Below, in pieces: positions 9,849-19,897 of a DNA stretch of 64,000 bases. Below the pieces are notes generated by a model that was not told the origin of the DNA, ran no database searches, and was given only the letters and a program-made list of their open reading frames with translations. The position numbers were made by a program, and so were the translations under genes. Where the stretch lies: contig CAZXJN010000003.1 in the NCBI GenBank assembly GCA_964641015.1, positions 1,819 to 65,818 of the forward strand, in the 5' to 3' direction. Source of the DNA: an uncultured Candidatus Saccharibacteria bacterium (GTDB lineage: Bacteria > Patescibacteriota > Saccharimonadia > Saccharimonadales > JACDBH01). The stretch's first letter is position 1, and the number at the start of each line of letters is the position of its first letter.

Positions 9849-12800
9849 TTATATAGTGCCGTTTAGCAAATCTTCTTCAAACTGCCGCACCCCTTCAATT
9901 GATGGAGGGTAGCCGCTAACATCTGGCAGATCAAGCTTGGTAATTTTGCGATAGACTACGCGGCTAAGGGCTGCGAGACGTTCAATTTCTTCCTGAGAGG
10001 GCGTATAGGTTTTTGAAATGCTCCGTGCATCCTCTGCTTCGAGATAAAGCATCTGGCCGGTAGCTTGTTTGCCCGCATACGGAGGATAGTGTTTTGCAAG
10101 CAGTGCATAAAACGTGAGCTGCGTTTTGTGCTGCCAGATTTTCTCCTGCAGGTTTTTGGCCTGGCTCTCCAAGCTGGCAAGCGGCTTGCCTGTTTTGTAG
10201 TCGGAGATCAAAATATCCGTATCTTCGATAATCACATGATCCAGCTTGCCATCAATAATCGCCTCTCCAATATCAATACCTTGCAGGCGCTGCTCGGGCA
10301 AGGCTCCTTCTGGCAAAATCAGCAGCTGTTCATCAAACAGCCGCCTAAGAATTACTCTGCCATTCGGCAGCCAGCGGTTAATTTCATCAAGCGGCAGCGG
10401 CTCCTTATTGAACTCTCTTTCAAACTTATCAATCACATTGTCTATTTCAAAATCACCGCTATTGATACGACGCTGGGCATATTCGAGAGCGCTGTGGATG
10501 GCGGTACCGAGTGCGAGCGACACGGTACGAGCCTCCGGCAGGCGCAAAAGGTTTCGTTCTAGAAATGTAGGTGGTCCACCACGCGTGAGGTCGAGGAAAT
10601 TTATAAGCCCTGTCACATTGAGCGAGTAGCTCTCAAGTATCGGTGCAAGCACCGCGCTCATATCCGGATGCGGTAATTCGGGCCAGCGAACATTCGTCTC
10701 GAGTACTGAACGGATGGGGGTTTGGCTACTTTGCTCCACTATCGTCTTTGGCAGTGCAGCAATGAGCGGAGTAGCAACTACTTCTTCACCTGCACCGTTG
10801 TAGCGGTAGCTGCTGGCGATAATACTATGCTTTGCACGAGTGAAAGCCACATACATCAGTCGTATGTAGTCATCCATATCATCACCGTACGGCTGCAGCG
10901 GCAAATTGGCAGGCACATTTCGCCCTCGATTGTATGGCTGCCACTGCTTTTCCATGCAGTCGACAATATATACCGAGTCGAACTCTAGTCCTTTGGCTTT
11001 GTGCACGGTCAACAGCTCTACTGCTTGCTGGGAGGTGACAAAAACTGACTCGTCAGAAATCGACAAATTATTAGTGCGGTGCAAACGAATAAAACGTACG
11101 AAATCAGCGAGCGTAGGGCTGCCTGATAACGTAAATTCTTGTACGGTGTCACGAAGCTGCAATATAGCTGACAAGGCTTCAATATAAGCGCTATCATTGT
11201 CGCGCAAAGTAATATAAAAATCTCGAAACGGGTTCTTATAGACAGAGCTTTCGCGCAGACCAAGGATAAAGTCGAGCAGCACAGGAAGCTTCTCGCGCCG
11301 TGCGGCCGTGCTTAGCTCTATCAGCCAATTTCCAAAATCCTGCAGTGTTTTTTCTTCGTGGTCAAGCAGGCTGTCCAGCCATTTCCCCGTGAATCGATTC
11401 GAAACTGCGAGCGTCCACAGTGTCCGGGGCGGCACCCTCCATACTGGATGGCCCAGCAGATAAGCAAGGTTATGGTCGGTCGTGGTTTCGTCGCCGTCAA
11501 TAATAGCTTGCACTGTTTCAAGCACTAGAATAATTTGTTCAACCGCTTCGTGTTCTAAGATGTTTCGCTGCTGTTCATAGCGTATTGGAATGCCGTGGCG
11601 GTGCAGTTCGGCAGCAATCGTGCGGAGGGTTTCATGGTTGCGCGCCAATACTGCTATGGTGCCATCGCCGGCTTTGAATTGCTTGCGAATGCGCTCAGCG
11701 ATTTCGTAGTACTGCTGCTCGGCTGACTCGTATGAAATATGCTGGATAGACCCGGCTGTCTTCGGCTCGTTTTTTGCGACCAGTTCTTTGGTAATGTTTT
11801 CTTGATGGTCTACCAGCCGGTTTTCAGCAAGCTCAATCACCTGGCGCGATGCATCCAGTACGGCCTGCGAAGAGCGGAAGTTTTCTTCGAGCACAATAAT
11901 CTCTGCGCTTGGATACAGGCGCTTGAACCCAAGCATATTCTCAAGCTCTGCCCCATTAAACTTGTATATCGACTGATCGTCATCGCCCACCACCATAAGG
12001 TTCGGCTTGCCTTCTGTGGCAGGATGGCTGGAAATCAGGTGGGCTAGCCGCATCTGCGCGGCATTACTGTCCTGAAACTCATCGATCATAATGTACTGAT
12101 ATCGCTCCTGCAAGTCACTCAGTAGTTCTGGGTGTTGTTCGGCTTGCGTAATGACCTCGACGAGCATGTCGGCATAGTCGTAGCAACCGCGGGCATGCAG
12201 CTCGTCACGATAGAGCGCGTACACCTCGCTCAGGTGCAACCACCATTGATTAGCGCGGCGTTGCTTGTGCATGCCTTTGATTTTATTTTCGTTTTGCACA
12301 AAGCGCTTTTTCCACTCACCCGTGTGCTTGGTCTTATTGGTGCCTTCGTCATTTGCGATTGCATCAGCAAGACTCTGCTGAATAACCGTACTTAGCGATA
12401 GCAGCGGCGCCACGCTATCGTCAATGTCCTGTGTCGGCAGCTCCATTATCTGCTGCCGTATATCTTCGAGCCTTTTGTAACTGAGCGGTTTGTCGAGTAT
12501 ACTCACAAGCTCCGGCTCTATCGTATCGATATACGCAAGATTCACTTCTATGATTGCACGAAGTTTTTCCGGAGTTAATCCAGCTTCTTTTGCAAGTTTT
12601 AGTGCGTCTCGCACGGGCTTTGCCGAGGTGTAGGCACCAGCAAATTTTATAGCCAACGGATTATCAAGCGGCAAACGCCCCAGAATCGTATCGATAATAT
12701 CGGTCTGTACTGCCTCAGGAGCAGTAGTTAGCCGCGCCCCATTCCAAAAATGGTCAGGATACTCTCCCATAATTTCAGCGGCAAAGCTATGAAAAGTTTT

Positions 12801-13064
12801 GACGTTGATCTGCAGCGAGTCTGGTCCGATCAGCTGCTGTAGCCGGTTTCGCATATTGGCGGCCGCTTTGTTGGTAAACGTCAGGCACAGAATATTCCGC
12901 GCGTGCGTATCGGTGTGCTGCAGGATATGAGCTGCCCGCATACTGAGCAGTTGTGTTTTGCCTGTGCCGGGACCAGCGATAACCATCAGCGGCCCTTCGA
13001 TATATTCTACGGCAGCCCGTTGACTGTCTGTCAGGGGCGGCGCGGGGTGGTCGTCTCTTTCCAT
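9849..13064 (-). CDS. UvrD/PcrA-type superfamily-1 helicase fused to a C-terminal PD-(D/E)XK (RecB/AddA-like) nuclease domain
   Basis: Walker A motif GPGTGKT, DEFQD (motif II), helicase motifs VGDDDQSIY and TVHKAKGLEF, and a C-terminal nuclease motif (GKLDHVII...ILISDYKTGK). Confidence 0.85.
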   Translation of the reverse strand: MERDDHPAPPLTDSQRAAVEYIEGPLMVIAGPGTGKTQLLSMRAAHILQHTDTHARNILCLTFTNKAAANMRNRLQQLIGPDSLQINVKTFHSFAAEIMGEYPDHFWNGARLTTAPEAVQTDIIDTILGRLPLDNPLAIKFAGAYTSAKPVRDALKLAKEAGLTPEKLRAIIEVNLAYIDTIEPELVSILDKPLSYKRLEDIRQQIMELPTQDIDDSVAPLLSLSTVIQQSLADAIANDEGTNKTKHTGEWKKRFVQNENKIKGMHKQRRANQWWLHLSEVYALYRDELHARGCYDYADMLVEVITQAEQHPELLSDLQERYQYIMIDEFQDSNAAQMRLAHLISSHPATEGKPNLMVVGDDDQSIYKFNGAELENMLGFKRLYPSAEIIVLEENFRSSQAVLDASRQVIELAENRLVDHQENITKELVAKNEPKTAGSIQHISYESAEQQYYEIAERIRKQFKAGDGTIAVLARNHETLRTIAAELHRHGIPIRYEQQRNILEHEAVEQIILVLETVQAIIDGDETTTDHNLAYLLGHPVWRVPPRTLWTLAVSNRFTGKWLDSLLDHEEKTLQDFGNWLIELSTAARREKLPVLLDFILGLRESSVYKNPFRDFYITLRDNDSAYIEALSAILQLRDTVQEFTLSGSPTLADFVRFIRLHRTNNLSISDESVFVTSQQAVELLTVHKAKGLEFDSVYIVDCMEKQWQPYNRGRNVPANLPLQPYGDDMDDYIRLMYVAFTRAKHSIIASSYRYNGAGEEVVATPLIAALPKTIVEQSSQTPIRSVLETNVRWPELPHPDMSAVLAPILESYSLNVTGLINFLDLTRGGPPTFLERNLLRLPEARTVSLALGTAIHSALEYAQRRINSGDFEIDNVIDKFEREFNKEPLPLDEINRWLPNGRVILRRLFDEQLLILPEGALPEQRLQGIDIGEAIIDGKLDHVIIEDTDILISDYKTGKPLASLESQAKNLQEKIWQHKTQLTFYALLAKHYPPYAGKQATGQMLYLEAEDARSISKTYTPSQEEIERLAALSRVVYRKITKLDLPDVSGYPPSIEGVRQFEEDLLNGTI

Positions 13065-13091
13065 CTGAAGTATATTGTACCCTGTTTTATC

Positions 13092-13502
13092 CTAAGTGAG
13101 CGAGCGCAAATGCACAATTTCGTCGAGCAGCTGAAATGAATCGCGCGATAGATCAATGCGCCGGTGGCAGGCGAGCGCCCGATAGTGTTCGAGGATTTCC
13201 TGCTCTTCGGGGTAGAGGTCATCGTCAAACCATAAAAACGGCGTTTTAAAATCTATTGCATCAGTTTTGAGCTCGTCCCACTCGGTAGGCCGGATTTTAT
13301 CGAGCAGTGCCAGAGTGCGTTTTTTGAGAAAAGGCTCAAGCACCTGCCGTGTGCGATTCTGGCCCTTCCAGCAATGCGTGGTCAGCCAGTAGGTTGAATC
13401 AGGCCAATGCGTGAGCACGTAGCTCAAAAATTCATCTGCATAATCAGCTGCCCGTCCCTCGTGTGCCAGCAGTACTCCGTCGATATCCAGGTAAATATTC
13501 AC
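13092..13502 (-). CDS. HAD-like small protein (DxDGVL motif)
   Basis: The N-terminal MNIYLDIDGVLL is HAD motif I. The gene lies 27 nt upstream of the helicase-nuclease on the same strand. Confidence 0.45.
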   Translation of the reverse strand: MNIYLDIDGVLLAHEGRAADYADEFLSYVLTHWPDSTYWLTTHCWKGQNRTRQVLEPFLKKRTLALLDKIRPTEWDELKTDAIDFKTPFLWFDDDLYPEEQEILEHYRALACHRRIDLSRDSFQLLDEIVHLRSLT

Positions 13503-13551
13503 ACTCCTATAGTATCAGCTTGGCTTGCTGTGGTAGTATGATGACTGCTTT

Positions 13552-14580
13552 ATGAAAGAGATAGACCGTCTGTACGGCTTTGACCTGCCTGATACCCTCA
13601 TTGCCAAAAAACCTGCTCGTCCGCGTGACCACGCGCGCCTTTTGGTATACCGGCTTTCCGACGGATCTATTGTTGACAGCGTGTTTTATAAGCTGGATGA
13701 ATTCGTGCACCCCAAGACAACCTTTGCCGTCAATAATAGCAAGGTAGATCACTGCCGCTGGCTGTTTAGCGAGGGCAAACTAGAGCTATTCGTACTAGAA
13801 AAAACCGATTCCCACACAGTACGAGCGCTCGTACGTCCGGGTCGAGCATTCAAGCGCGGATCAACCAAGCAGCTGACTGACTGGCTGAGCGTCGAGACAT
13901 TGGATATTGATGCTGATGGTGTGCGCACGCTGCGTCTTAATGTGCCGCATGATGATGCGCGCCTGCATGAGTTTGAGCATATTCCCCTGCCCCCGTATAT
14001 TCCGCAAGATGACACGTTGGCGGACGAATACCAGACGGTGTATGCCCGCCCGCTGGGCAGCAAGGCGGCGCCGACAGCCGGATTGCACTTTACTGATACG
14101 CTGATTCGTCAACTCGAAGGATTGCACTCGTTCGCGCATATCACGCTACACGTCGGGCTTGGTACCTTTGCCAAGCTCAACCCTGAGCAGCTGCAAACTG
14201 GTCGGCTGCATGAAGAAGCCTATGTTTTGGACGATGTTTCTGCGGCTGCCCTGAACCAAGCCGAGCACATCACGGCGGTAGGCACTACCACTGTTCGTAC
14301 GCTTGAATCACTGCAGCGTGATTATGACCGTTTCCATCCTCATCAGGGCAAAACGGATATATTTATCCGCCCCGGCTATTCGTTTTCGACGGTCGACAGC
14401 ATGATTACGAATTTTCATCTGCCAGGCACGAGCTTGCTTATGCTGGTGGCAGCATTTATTGCTGACAAGCGCGGGCTGAGCGAACCGGCCGCCGCCGCTG
14501 AGCTCATGCGGCTGTATCGCCATGCAATGGATAGCGGCTATCGATTCTACTCATTTGGCGATGCTATGCTGCTAGTGTAA
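13552..14580 (+). CDS. queA: S-adenosylmethionine:tRNA ribosyltransferase-isomerase
   Basis: The length fits, and so do the N-terminal pattern (FDLPDTLIAKKPARPRDHARLLV) and the motifs AAPTAGLHFT, VGTTTVRTLES and TNFHLPGTSLLMLV. Confidence 0.9.
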   Translation: MKEIDRLYGFDLPDTLIAKKPARPRDHARLLVYRLSDGSIVDSVFYKLDEFVHPKTTFAVNNSKVDHCRWLFSEGKLELFVLEKTDSHTVRALVRPGRAFKRGSTKQLTDWLSVETLDIDADGVRTLRLNVPHDDARLHEFEHIPLPPYIPQDDTLADEYQTVYARPLGSKAAPTAGLHFTDTLIRQLEGLHSFAHITLHVGLGTFAKLNPEQLQTGRLHEEAYVLDDVSAAALNQAEHITAVGTTTVRTLESLQRDYDRFHPHQGKTDIFIRPGYSFSTVDSMITNFHLPGTSLLMLVAAFIADKRGLSEPAAAAELMRLYRHAMDSGYRFYSFGDAMLLV

Positions 14581-14663
14581 GACTCGCCTGTGCATAACCA
14601 CTTGCTCATTCATAGGCGGCGCAGTATGCTTGAGGTAATAATAAACATTGGAGGGTTTCTAGT

Positions 14664-15215
14664 ATGGAATTAGTGCATAAAGCTGAAAAAGCGCTTGAAG
14701 GGATATTTACATCTCTACCGTCGCTTCCTAAGGACGCAAAAAAAGGCTTGGCTGACCTCTTGCCTTGGCTGGTAGGTATCGGCGGTCTTCTGCAGCTGTG
14801 GTCCGCATGGCAGCTCTATCGCTGGGCTGATAGTTGGGGCCGCGTTGCTGACTGGGCAAACACTTGGGCCCGATCAATGGGTGTAGAGACCGGATCTTCG
14901 GGCTATTCACTATGGCTCTGGATATCAGTCGTAGCCGCAGCGCTTACTGGTGTCATTATGCTTATTGCCTTTTCTAAGGTGCAGCAGAAGCTAAAGTCTG
15001 GCTGGGATCTCGTGTTCTTGGCAGCTATCATCAACTTGATTTACGGTGTTTTGACGGTGTTTATAGATAGCTATGGCAGCAACAGCTTGATTGGTGCGCT
15101 GATTGGATCAGCAATTGGTTTTTATCTGCTATTCCAGGTGCGCGAATATTACGGTGGCAAGACAGTCGCTAGCACTGCGACAAATGCTAAAAAATCAGAC
15201 GCTAACGAAGAGTAA
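14664..15215 (+). CDS. Hypothetical Trp-rich polytopic membrane protein
   Basis: RBS GGAGGG, four hydrophobic segments, no recognised family. Confidence 0.6.
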   Translation: MELVHKAEKALEGIFTSLPSLPKDAKKGLADLLPWLVGIGGLLQLWSAWQLYRWADSWGRVADWANTWARSMGVETGSSGYSLWLWISVVAAALTGVIMLIAFSKVQQKLKSGWDLVFLAAIINLIYGVLTVFIDSYGSNSLIGALIGSAIGFYLLFQVREYYGGKTVASTATNAKKSDANEE

Positions 15216-15234
15216 TACCAGTATCTGCATGAAA

Positions 15235-15266
15235 AACCCGAGGTAATTACTTCGGGTTTTTCTTTT
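15235..15266 (+). terminator. Intrinsic terminator
   Basis: AACCCGAggtaattacTTCGGGTTTTTCTTTT immediately after the stop codon. Confidence 0.65.
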
Positions 15267-15375
15267 ACACTTATGTTTATTCTCTTATGTTTATTTTACC
15301 CCTTATGAGCGAAAGGACATTCTTCTTATTCTACACTGTAGCACACATTATGTAATTTGTCAAGTACTTTTTTCT

Positions 15376-15467
15376 GAGCCACCCACACCTCCTACCCTCC
15401 AGGACGCTCTACAGGGAGTTTTTGACTCGCGCCTGAGGCGCTTGCCTGCCGGAAGTATGGGTGGCTC
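15376..15467. other. 92-nt structured intergenic element closed by a 10-bp inverted repeat (candidate small RNA or atypical terminator)
   Basis: GAGCCACCCA (15376-15385) pairs with TGGGTGGCTC (15458-15467). There is an internal hairpin GCGCCtgaGGCGC (15429-15441), and CACCTCCT at 15386-15393. Confidence 0.3.
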
Positions 15468-15490
15468 GTACTTTCTGTAAGAATTACGTA

Positions 15491-16690
15491 CTAATCAAGT
15501 GCAGCGACTTCGGTTATACAGACCAAACAGTTATCCTCGCGGTCTCTGTCGGCCATCAGCCGGTCAGTTGCCTTCCACCATGGCTCGATATCGCGGTAGC
15601 CGATCCAGTCCGCAGCTTTTCTGAGCCACCAGCCGAGTCGTCCGTAAATGTGCAGGCGGCCCCAGACAACCACTGCCCAACCTTTACCTGCGGGAGTAAT
15701 GTAGACCGGTCTCTTTGGCTTGTACGCAAGCGGCCGTTTGCCGTCAGCGTGCCGTTTGAGATTGCGTGTGACGTATTTTGCATCATGGAGGGCTGTTTGC
15801 GCCATGCCGGTATATTTGGTGTCGGCATTATCGCCAATTACAAAGATTCCCGGCCAAGCCTGCAGCAGCTGGTCTACCTGGACTCGGCCGTTTTCGGCGA
15901 GGATGAATTTATTGTCTTTAAAGAAAGGATTGTTGGCGATTCCTGCAGTCCACACAACGGTATGGGTGCGCACCGGCTTGCCGTCAAGCAAGATAGTGTC
16001 GGCACTTTCAGCCTGTACGGGCATTCCAAAATAGAGGCGCACTCCGAGGCGCTTGAGCCGGCGCGCGAGAGCACGCGACACGCTTTCTGGCATGCGCGGC
16101 ATTAGCCGCGGAGCGGCCTCTACTAGATCAACGTGGATTTTTCGGCGTGATTTAATGCCATGTTGCTTCATGAGGTATTTGATATACGACGGCAGTGCAC
16201 CAGCCAGTTCGACCCCAGTGGGGCCGCCGCCGACAATGATGTAGTTTGTATCAGGCTGTCGTTTGCTCAGTAGCTGGTTATGGAGGTGGGCTTTGAACTC
16301 TTCGGCTTCGTGGAGGGATTTTATGCTAAATGAGTACTCTTCCATCCCTGGTATGCCAAAATAGTTCGGAACGGTGCCAAGAGCGAGGATAAGGATGTCG
16401 TAGGATAAGGTATCTCCGTTTTTGAGCCGCATGGTTCGCTTGCCGCGATTGAGCTTGGTCGCCTCACTGATAACGATACTGATACGTTTGCCAGCAAAAA
16501 TTTGTCCAAGCGGTATGGTCGAGACTGTTTTGCTGCCGCCAGTAGCAGTGTGGTACATCATCGGGTAGTATTCAAAAAACGGTTTATTGGCAACGAGGGT
16601 GACATTGAACGATGGGTGTCCAGCTAGTTCCAGGGCTGATTTTATGCCGCCAAAACCACCTCCCACAATCAGTACTTCTTGTTTTTTCAT
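15491..16690 (-). CDS. ndh: Type II NADH dehydrogenase (NDH-2), FAD-dependent pyridine nucleotide-disulfide oxidoreductase
   Basis: First dinucleotide fold VLIVGGGFGGI, second fold IIVGGGPTGVE, length about 400 aa. Confidence 0.85.
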   Translation of the reverse strand: MKKQEVLIVGGGFGGIKSALELAGHPSFNVTLVANKPFFEYYPMMYHTATGGSKTVSTIPLGQIFAGKRISIVISEATKLNRGKRTMRLKNGDTLSYDILILALGTVPNYFGIPGMEEYSFSIKSLHEAEEFKAHLHNQLLSKRQPDTNYIIVGGGPTGVELAGALPSYIKYLMKQHGIKSRRKIHVDLVEAAPRLMPRMPESVSRALARRLKRLGVRLYFGMPVQAESADTILLDGKPVRTHTVVWTAGIANNPFFKDNKFILAENGRVQVDQLLQAWPGIFVIGDNADTKYTGMAQTALHDAKYVTRNLKRHADGKRPLAYKPKRPVYITPAGKGWAVVVWGRLHIYGRLGWWLRKAADWIGYRDIEPWWKATDRLMADRDREDNCLVCITEVAALD

Positions 16691-16816
16691 AAAAATTTTA
16701 TGGTGTTTCCGCTCAGGGTTTTTAATTTGTGCTTGGTGCTATTATAGGGGAGGAATAGCGAAACGCCAAACTGCTTGCGCTTACCGTGTTTAACAGGTAA
16801 GCTAAAGGGTAAGTAT

Positions 16817-18472
16817 ATGAAGAAATTTATAGAAACCTTGCGTGGTGCTGGATTTAAAGGCGGCGTAGATACTTCTGCTAAAGCCAAAGATCTCTACAGT
16901 CATGATGCATCGCTGTTCGAGGTGCGCCCGGAGCTTATTGCTTCACCAAAAGACAGTGATGATGTAAAAGCACTGGTTCGTTCGGTGATAAAATCTCGGC
17001 CCCACAACCCTGCCCTCAGCCTGACTGCTCGCAGCGCCGGGACTGATATGTCGGGCGGTGCGATTAATGAATCGATCATCGTTGATTTCATGGAGCACTT
17101 TAATAAGATTTTGCACATGTCCCCCACTACCGCTCGGTCACAGCCAGGCGTGTATTATCGTGATTTTGAGAAGCAAAGTCTCAAGTATGACGCACTCCTC
17201 CCCTCATTCCCGGCAAGCAGGGATCTCTGTGCGATTGGCGGTATGGTTGCGAATAATTCCGGCGGAGAAAAATCGCTGCAACTTGGCAAGACTGACAAAT
17301 ATGTCACCGAGCTAAAAATGGTGCTGAGCGACGGCAACGAATACACCATCAGGCCCCTCAACAAAAAAGAGCTTGATGCAAAAATGAAACAGAAAAATTT
17401 TGAAGGCGACTTTTACCGCAAAACGTATGAGCTTATCGAGGCAAACTACGACGTCATTAAAGCAGCGCGTCCGAACGTCGCCAAAGACTCTACAGGCTAC
17501 CATCTCTGGGACGTGTGGGACCGTGAGTCAGGAATCTTTGACCTCACAAAACTGTTCGTTGGCGCACAGGGCACGCTAGGGCTTATGACAGAGGCGAAAT
17601 TTGACCTTGTCAAAGCGCCGAAGCACTCTGGTACGTTGGTTATTTTCCTGCGTGATATAAAACCGCTCGGCAAAATGATTAACAAGGTCTTACAACATAA
17701 TCCGGCAGCATTCGAAGGCTTCGATAATTACACGCTGATGCTGAGCTTCCGGTTGTTCTTTGACTTTCACAAGCTGATTGGCTGGGCTGAAACTATCAAG
17801 CTGGCCATTATGCTGATCCCGAATGCTTTGATGCTGTTTAGGGGTATCCCCAAGATGGTGCTGCTGGTTGAGTTTAATGGCGATACTGCAGATGAGGTGG
17901 CGCAGCGCGTGAGCGATCTGCGAATGGATTTGACTGAGTTTAAGCACAAGGCCTTGTTCGAAGAAGATGAAACCGAGGCAAAATCGCGCAAGTTCTGGAT
18001 TATGCGCCGAGCAAGCTTTAAGCTGCTGCGGGAAAAAGTCAAAGACAAGCACACCGCGCCGTATATCGATGATTTGGTAGTAAATCCTGAACACCTGCCC
18101 AAATTCTTGCCTGAACTCCGTAAAATTATTAAAAAGTACAAATTGTTCGCGACCATTGCCGGACACATGGGCGAGGGTAATTTTCACATTATCCCCCTTA
18201 TGAAATTAGAAGACCCTAGTGAGCGAGCAAAGCTGGAGCCGAGCATGAAAGAGGTAAACGACCTGGTGCTGAAGTACGGGGGCAGCCTAAGCGGCGAGCA
18301 CAATGACGGGCTGGTGCGCGGTCCATGGCTGGAGGAGATGTATGGCAAGCGGGTCGTTAAGCTTTTCCGTGAGGTAAAGCATATTTATGATCCTGACAAT
18401 ATTTTCAATCCCAAGAAAAAAGCTGACGCTACCTGGAAGTACAGCTTCTCGAAGGTGCGAGCTCATTTCTAA
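16817..18472 (+). CDS. FAD-linked oxidase (GlcD/D-lactate dehydrogenase-like)
   Basis: FAD_binding_4-like RSAGTDMSGGAI and C-terminal GGSLSGEHNDGLVRG. The start at 16817 (MKKFIE) has a better RBS context than 16775. Confidence 0.8.
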   Translation: MKKFIETLRGAGFKGGVDTSAKAKDLYSHDASLFEVRPELIASPKDSDDVKALVRSVIKSRPHNPALSLTARSAGTDMSGGAINESIIVDFMEHFNKILHMSPTTARSQPGVYYRDFEKQSLKYDALLPSFPASRDLCAIGGMVANNSGGEKSLQLGKTDKYVTELKMVLSDGNEYTIRPLNKKELDAKMKQKNFEGDFYRKTYELIEANYDVIKAARPNVAKDSTGYHLWDVWDRESGIFDLTKLFVGAQGTLGLMTEAKFDLVKAPKHSGTLVIFLRDIKPLGKMINKVLQHNPAAFEGFDNYTLMLSFRLFFDFHKLIGWAETIKLAIMLIPNALMLFRGIPKMVLLVEFNGDTADEVAQRVSDLRMDLTEFKHKALFEEDETEAKSRKFWIMRRASFKLLREKVKDKHTAPYIDDLVVNPEHLPKFLPELRKIIKKYKLFATIAGHMGEGNFHIIPLMKLEDPSERAKLEPSMKEVNDLVLKYGGSLSGEHNDGLVRGPWLEEMYGKRVVKLFREVKHIYDPDNIFNPKKKADATWKYSFSKVRAHF

Positions 18473-18491
18473 ATGTAATATTTAGCTTAAT

Positions 18492-18527
18492 AAAAAAACG
18501 GCGGTTCTTATACCGCCGTTTTTTTAT
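18492..18527. terminator. Bidirectional intrinsic terminator
   Basis: aaaaaAACGGCGGttcttataCCGCCGTTttttt between convergent genes. Confidence 0.75.
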
Positions 18528-18541
18528 TGCAACCACTTAGA

Positions 18542-18799
18542 TTATTCTTCAGTCTGGAGATGCTTCATTTTGCGCCTGGTAAACTCATTTATAGCTAGAA
18601 CAGCGCTTAGGAACGTAATGCCGCTGATGCAGGCATGTATCAGGCTGGCTCCGCTGATGATTAATACTACGCCGCTTATGAACGTGCCACCAGCAAAACC
18701 GTGGCTTAGGCGTAATTTTTGTGAGCTTGGACGCGCAAAAGCAAGCGAGGCTACACCTAGGCTGCTTAGGGCGATAATAATATGAGTAAGTAAAATCAT
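18542..18799 (-). CDS. Small hypothetical membrane protein (85 aa, three hydrophobic segments)
   Basis: ORF with hydrophobic helices, adjacent to the heme O synthase gene on the same strand. Confidence 0.5.
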   Translation of the reverse strand: MILLTHIIIALSSLGVASLAFARPSSQKLRLSHGFAGGTFISGVVLIISGASLIHACISGITFLSAVLAINEFTRRKMKHLQTEE

Positions 18800-18815
18800 A
18801 TATATACTATAGCAC

Positions 18816-19691
18816 TTATGGCAAAAAATTATTCACTGAAATTATAAAGGAAAATGCCACAAGTATTACCAGTGAAAAGCGGAACATTTTACGCGCCCAA
18901 GCGATGCTGTCGGTAGACAATACCCCATCGATACCAAGGTTTATCCAGTAGACTCCAAGCGCCAGCATAAGTATGAAGTAGGTCCAGCCAGCGTGGCTGT
19001 AGGCGCTTAGGAGCAGTGTTGCTATGACGAACAGAATGGTATAGATAAGTATCTGCCATTTCGTGTTTACTATGCCTTTGACAACTGAGTTTACGGGTAC
19101 GCCAGCAGCCGCATATTCTTTCTGCCTGAATATAGATATTGAATAAAACTCGGGCATTTGCCAGAAGAAGAGTGCTAGAAACAGCAGTATGGCTGCTGGA
19201 TCCAGCCCGTTCGACACAGCTACGTATCCAGCAAGTATTGGTGCAGCTCCGGATATACTGCCGACCAGCGTACCATGAACGCTTTTTCGTTTGCCGAGAG
19301 CGCCATACAGCCAGACGTAAACGATCCAGCCGCCTAGTCCAACACCCACCACCCACCAGTTTGTCCATAGGGCAAGCGTGGTCGTGCCGAGTATCCCTAG
19401 AGATATGCCAAAGGTTACCGCTTGCTTGCCGGTCACTTCGTCTGCCAGCAGCGGACGGTTTTTTGTGCGCTCCATAAGGGCATCAATGTCCTGGTCTAGG
19501 AAATTATTTATAACGCAGGCGCTGGCTATCACCGCCCAGGTGCCTATTGTCAGGGCTGCAAACACCCGCCAGTCAATAGTGCCGTTCGCGGCAAATAAAT
19601 AACCGGCAATCGTCGTAATGAGGTTGCCATAAGTTACGCCAGGTTTGGTTAGACGGTAAAGCGCCCCGATATTCATCCTGTTAATCCCCAA
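18816..19691 (-). CDS. cyoE: Protoheme IX farnesyltransferase (heme O synthase), UbiA family
   Basis: UbiA motifs NNFLDQDIDALMERTKNRPL. It is polytopic and divergent from cyoABCD. Confidence 0.85.
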   Translation of the reverse strand: MGINRMNIGALYRLTKPGVTYGNLITTIAGYLFAANGTIDWRVFAALTIGTWAVIASACVINNFLDQDIDALMERTKNRPLLADEVTGKQAVTFGISLGILGTTTLALWTNWWVVGVGLGGWIVYVWLYGALGKRKSVHGTLVGSISGAAPILAGYVAVSNGLDPAAILLFLALFFWQMPEFYSISIFRQKEYAAAGVPVNSVVKGIVNTKWQILIYTILFVIATLLLSAYSHAGWTYFILMLALGVYWINLGIDGVLSTDSIAWARKMFRFSLVILVAFSFIISVNNFLP

Positions 19692-19897
19692 ATAACTTTC
19701 TGTTCATAGCAATAAGATTGAAAGGTGTGCGGACGGGTAGTTTTTACACACAATAAATAAATATTACGGGAGCGAACGGGATTCATAAACGTAGTTTATC
19801 ACGGCGGACAGCCCACAAAGATACTGCAATCTATTTACAAAACATAAGCCGTTTGTGATATTGTTATAAGTAATACATAAAGAACTCTAAGAGGGTC

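Noticed and set aside
16775-16816. Upstream extensions of several ORF-track starts: 16775, 7917, 30858, 31531, 23007 and 58923.
   Set aside because: In each case an internal ATG has a much better Shine-Dalgarno context. That ATG also begins a signal peptide or the canonical N-terminus.
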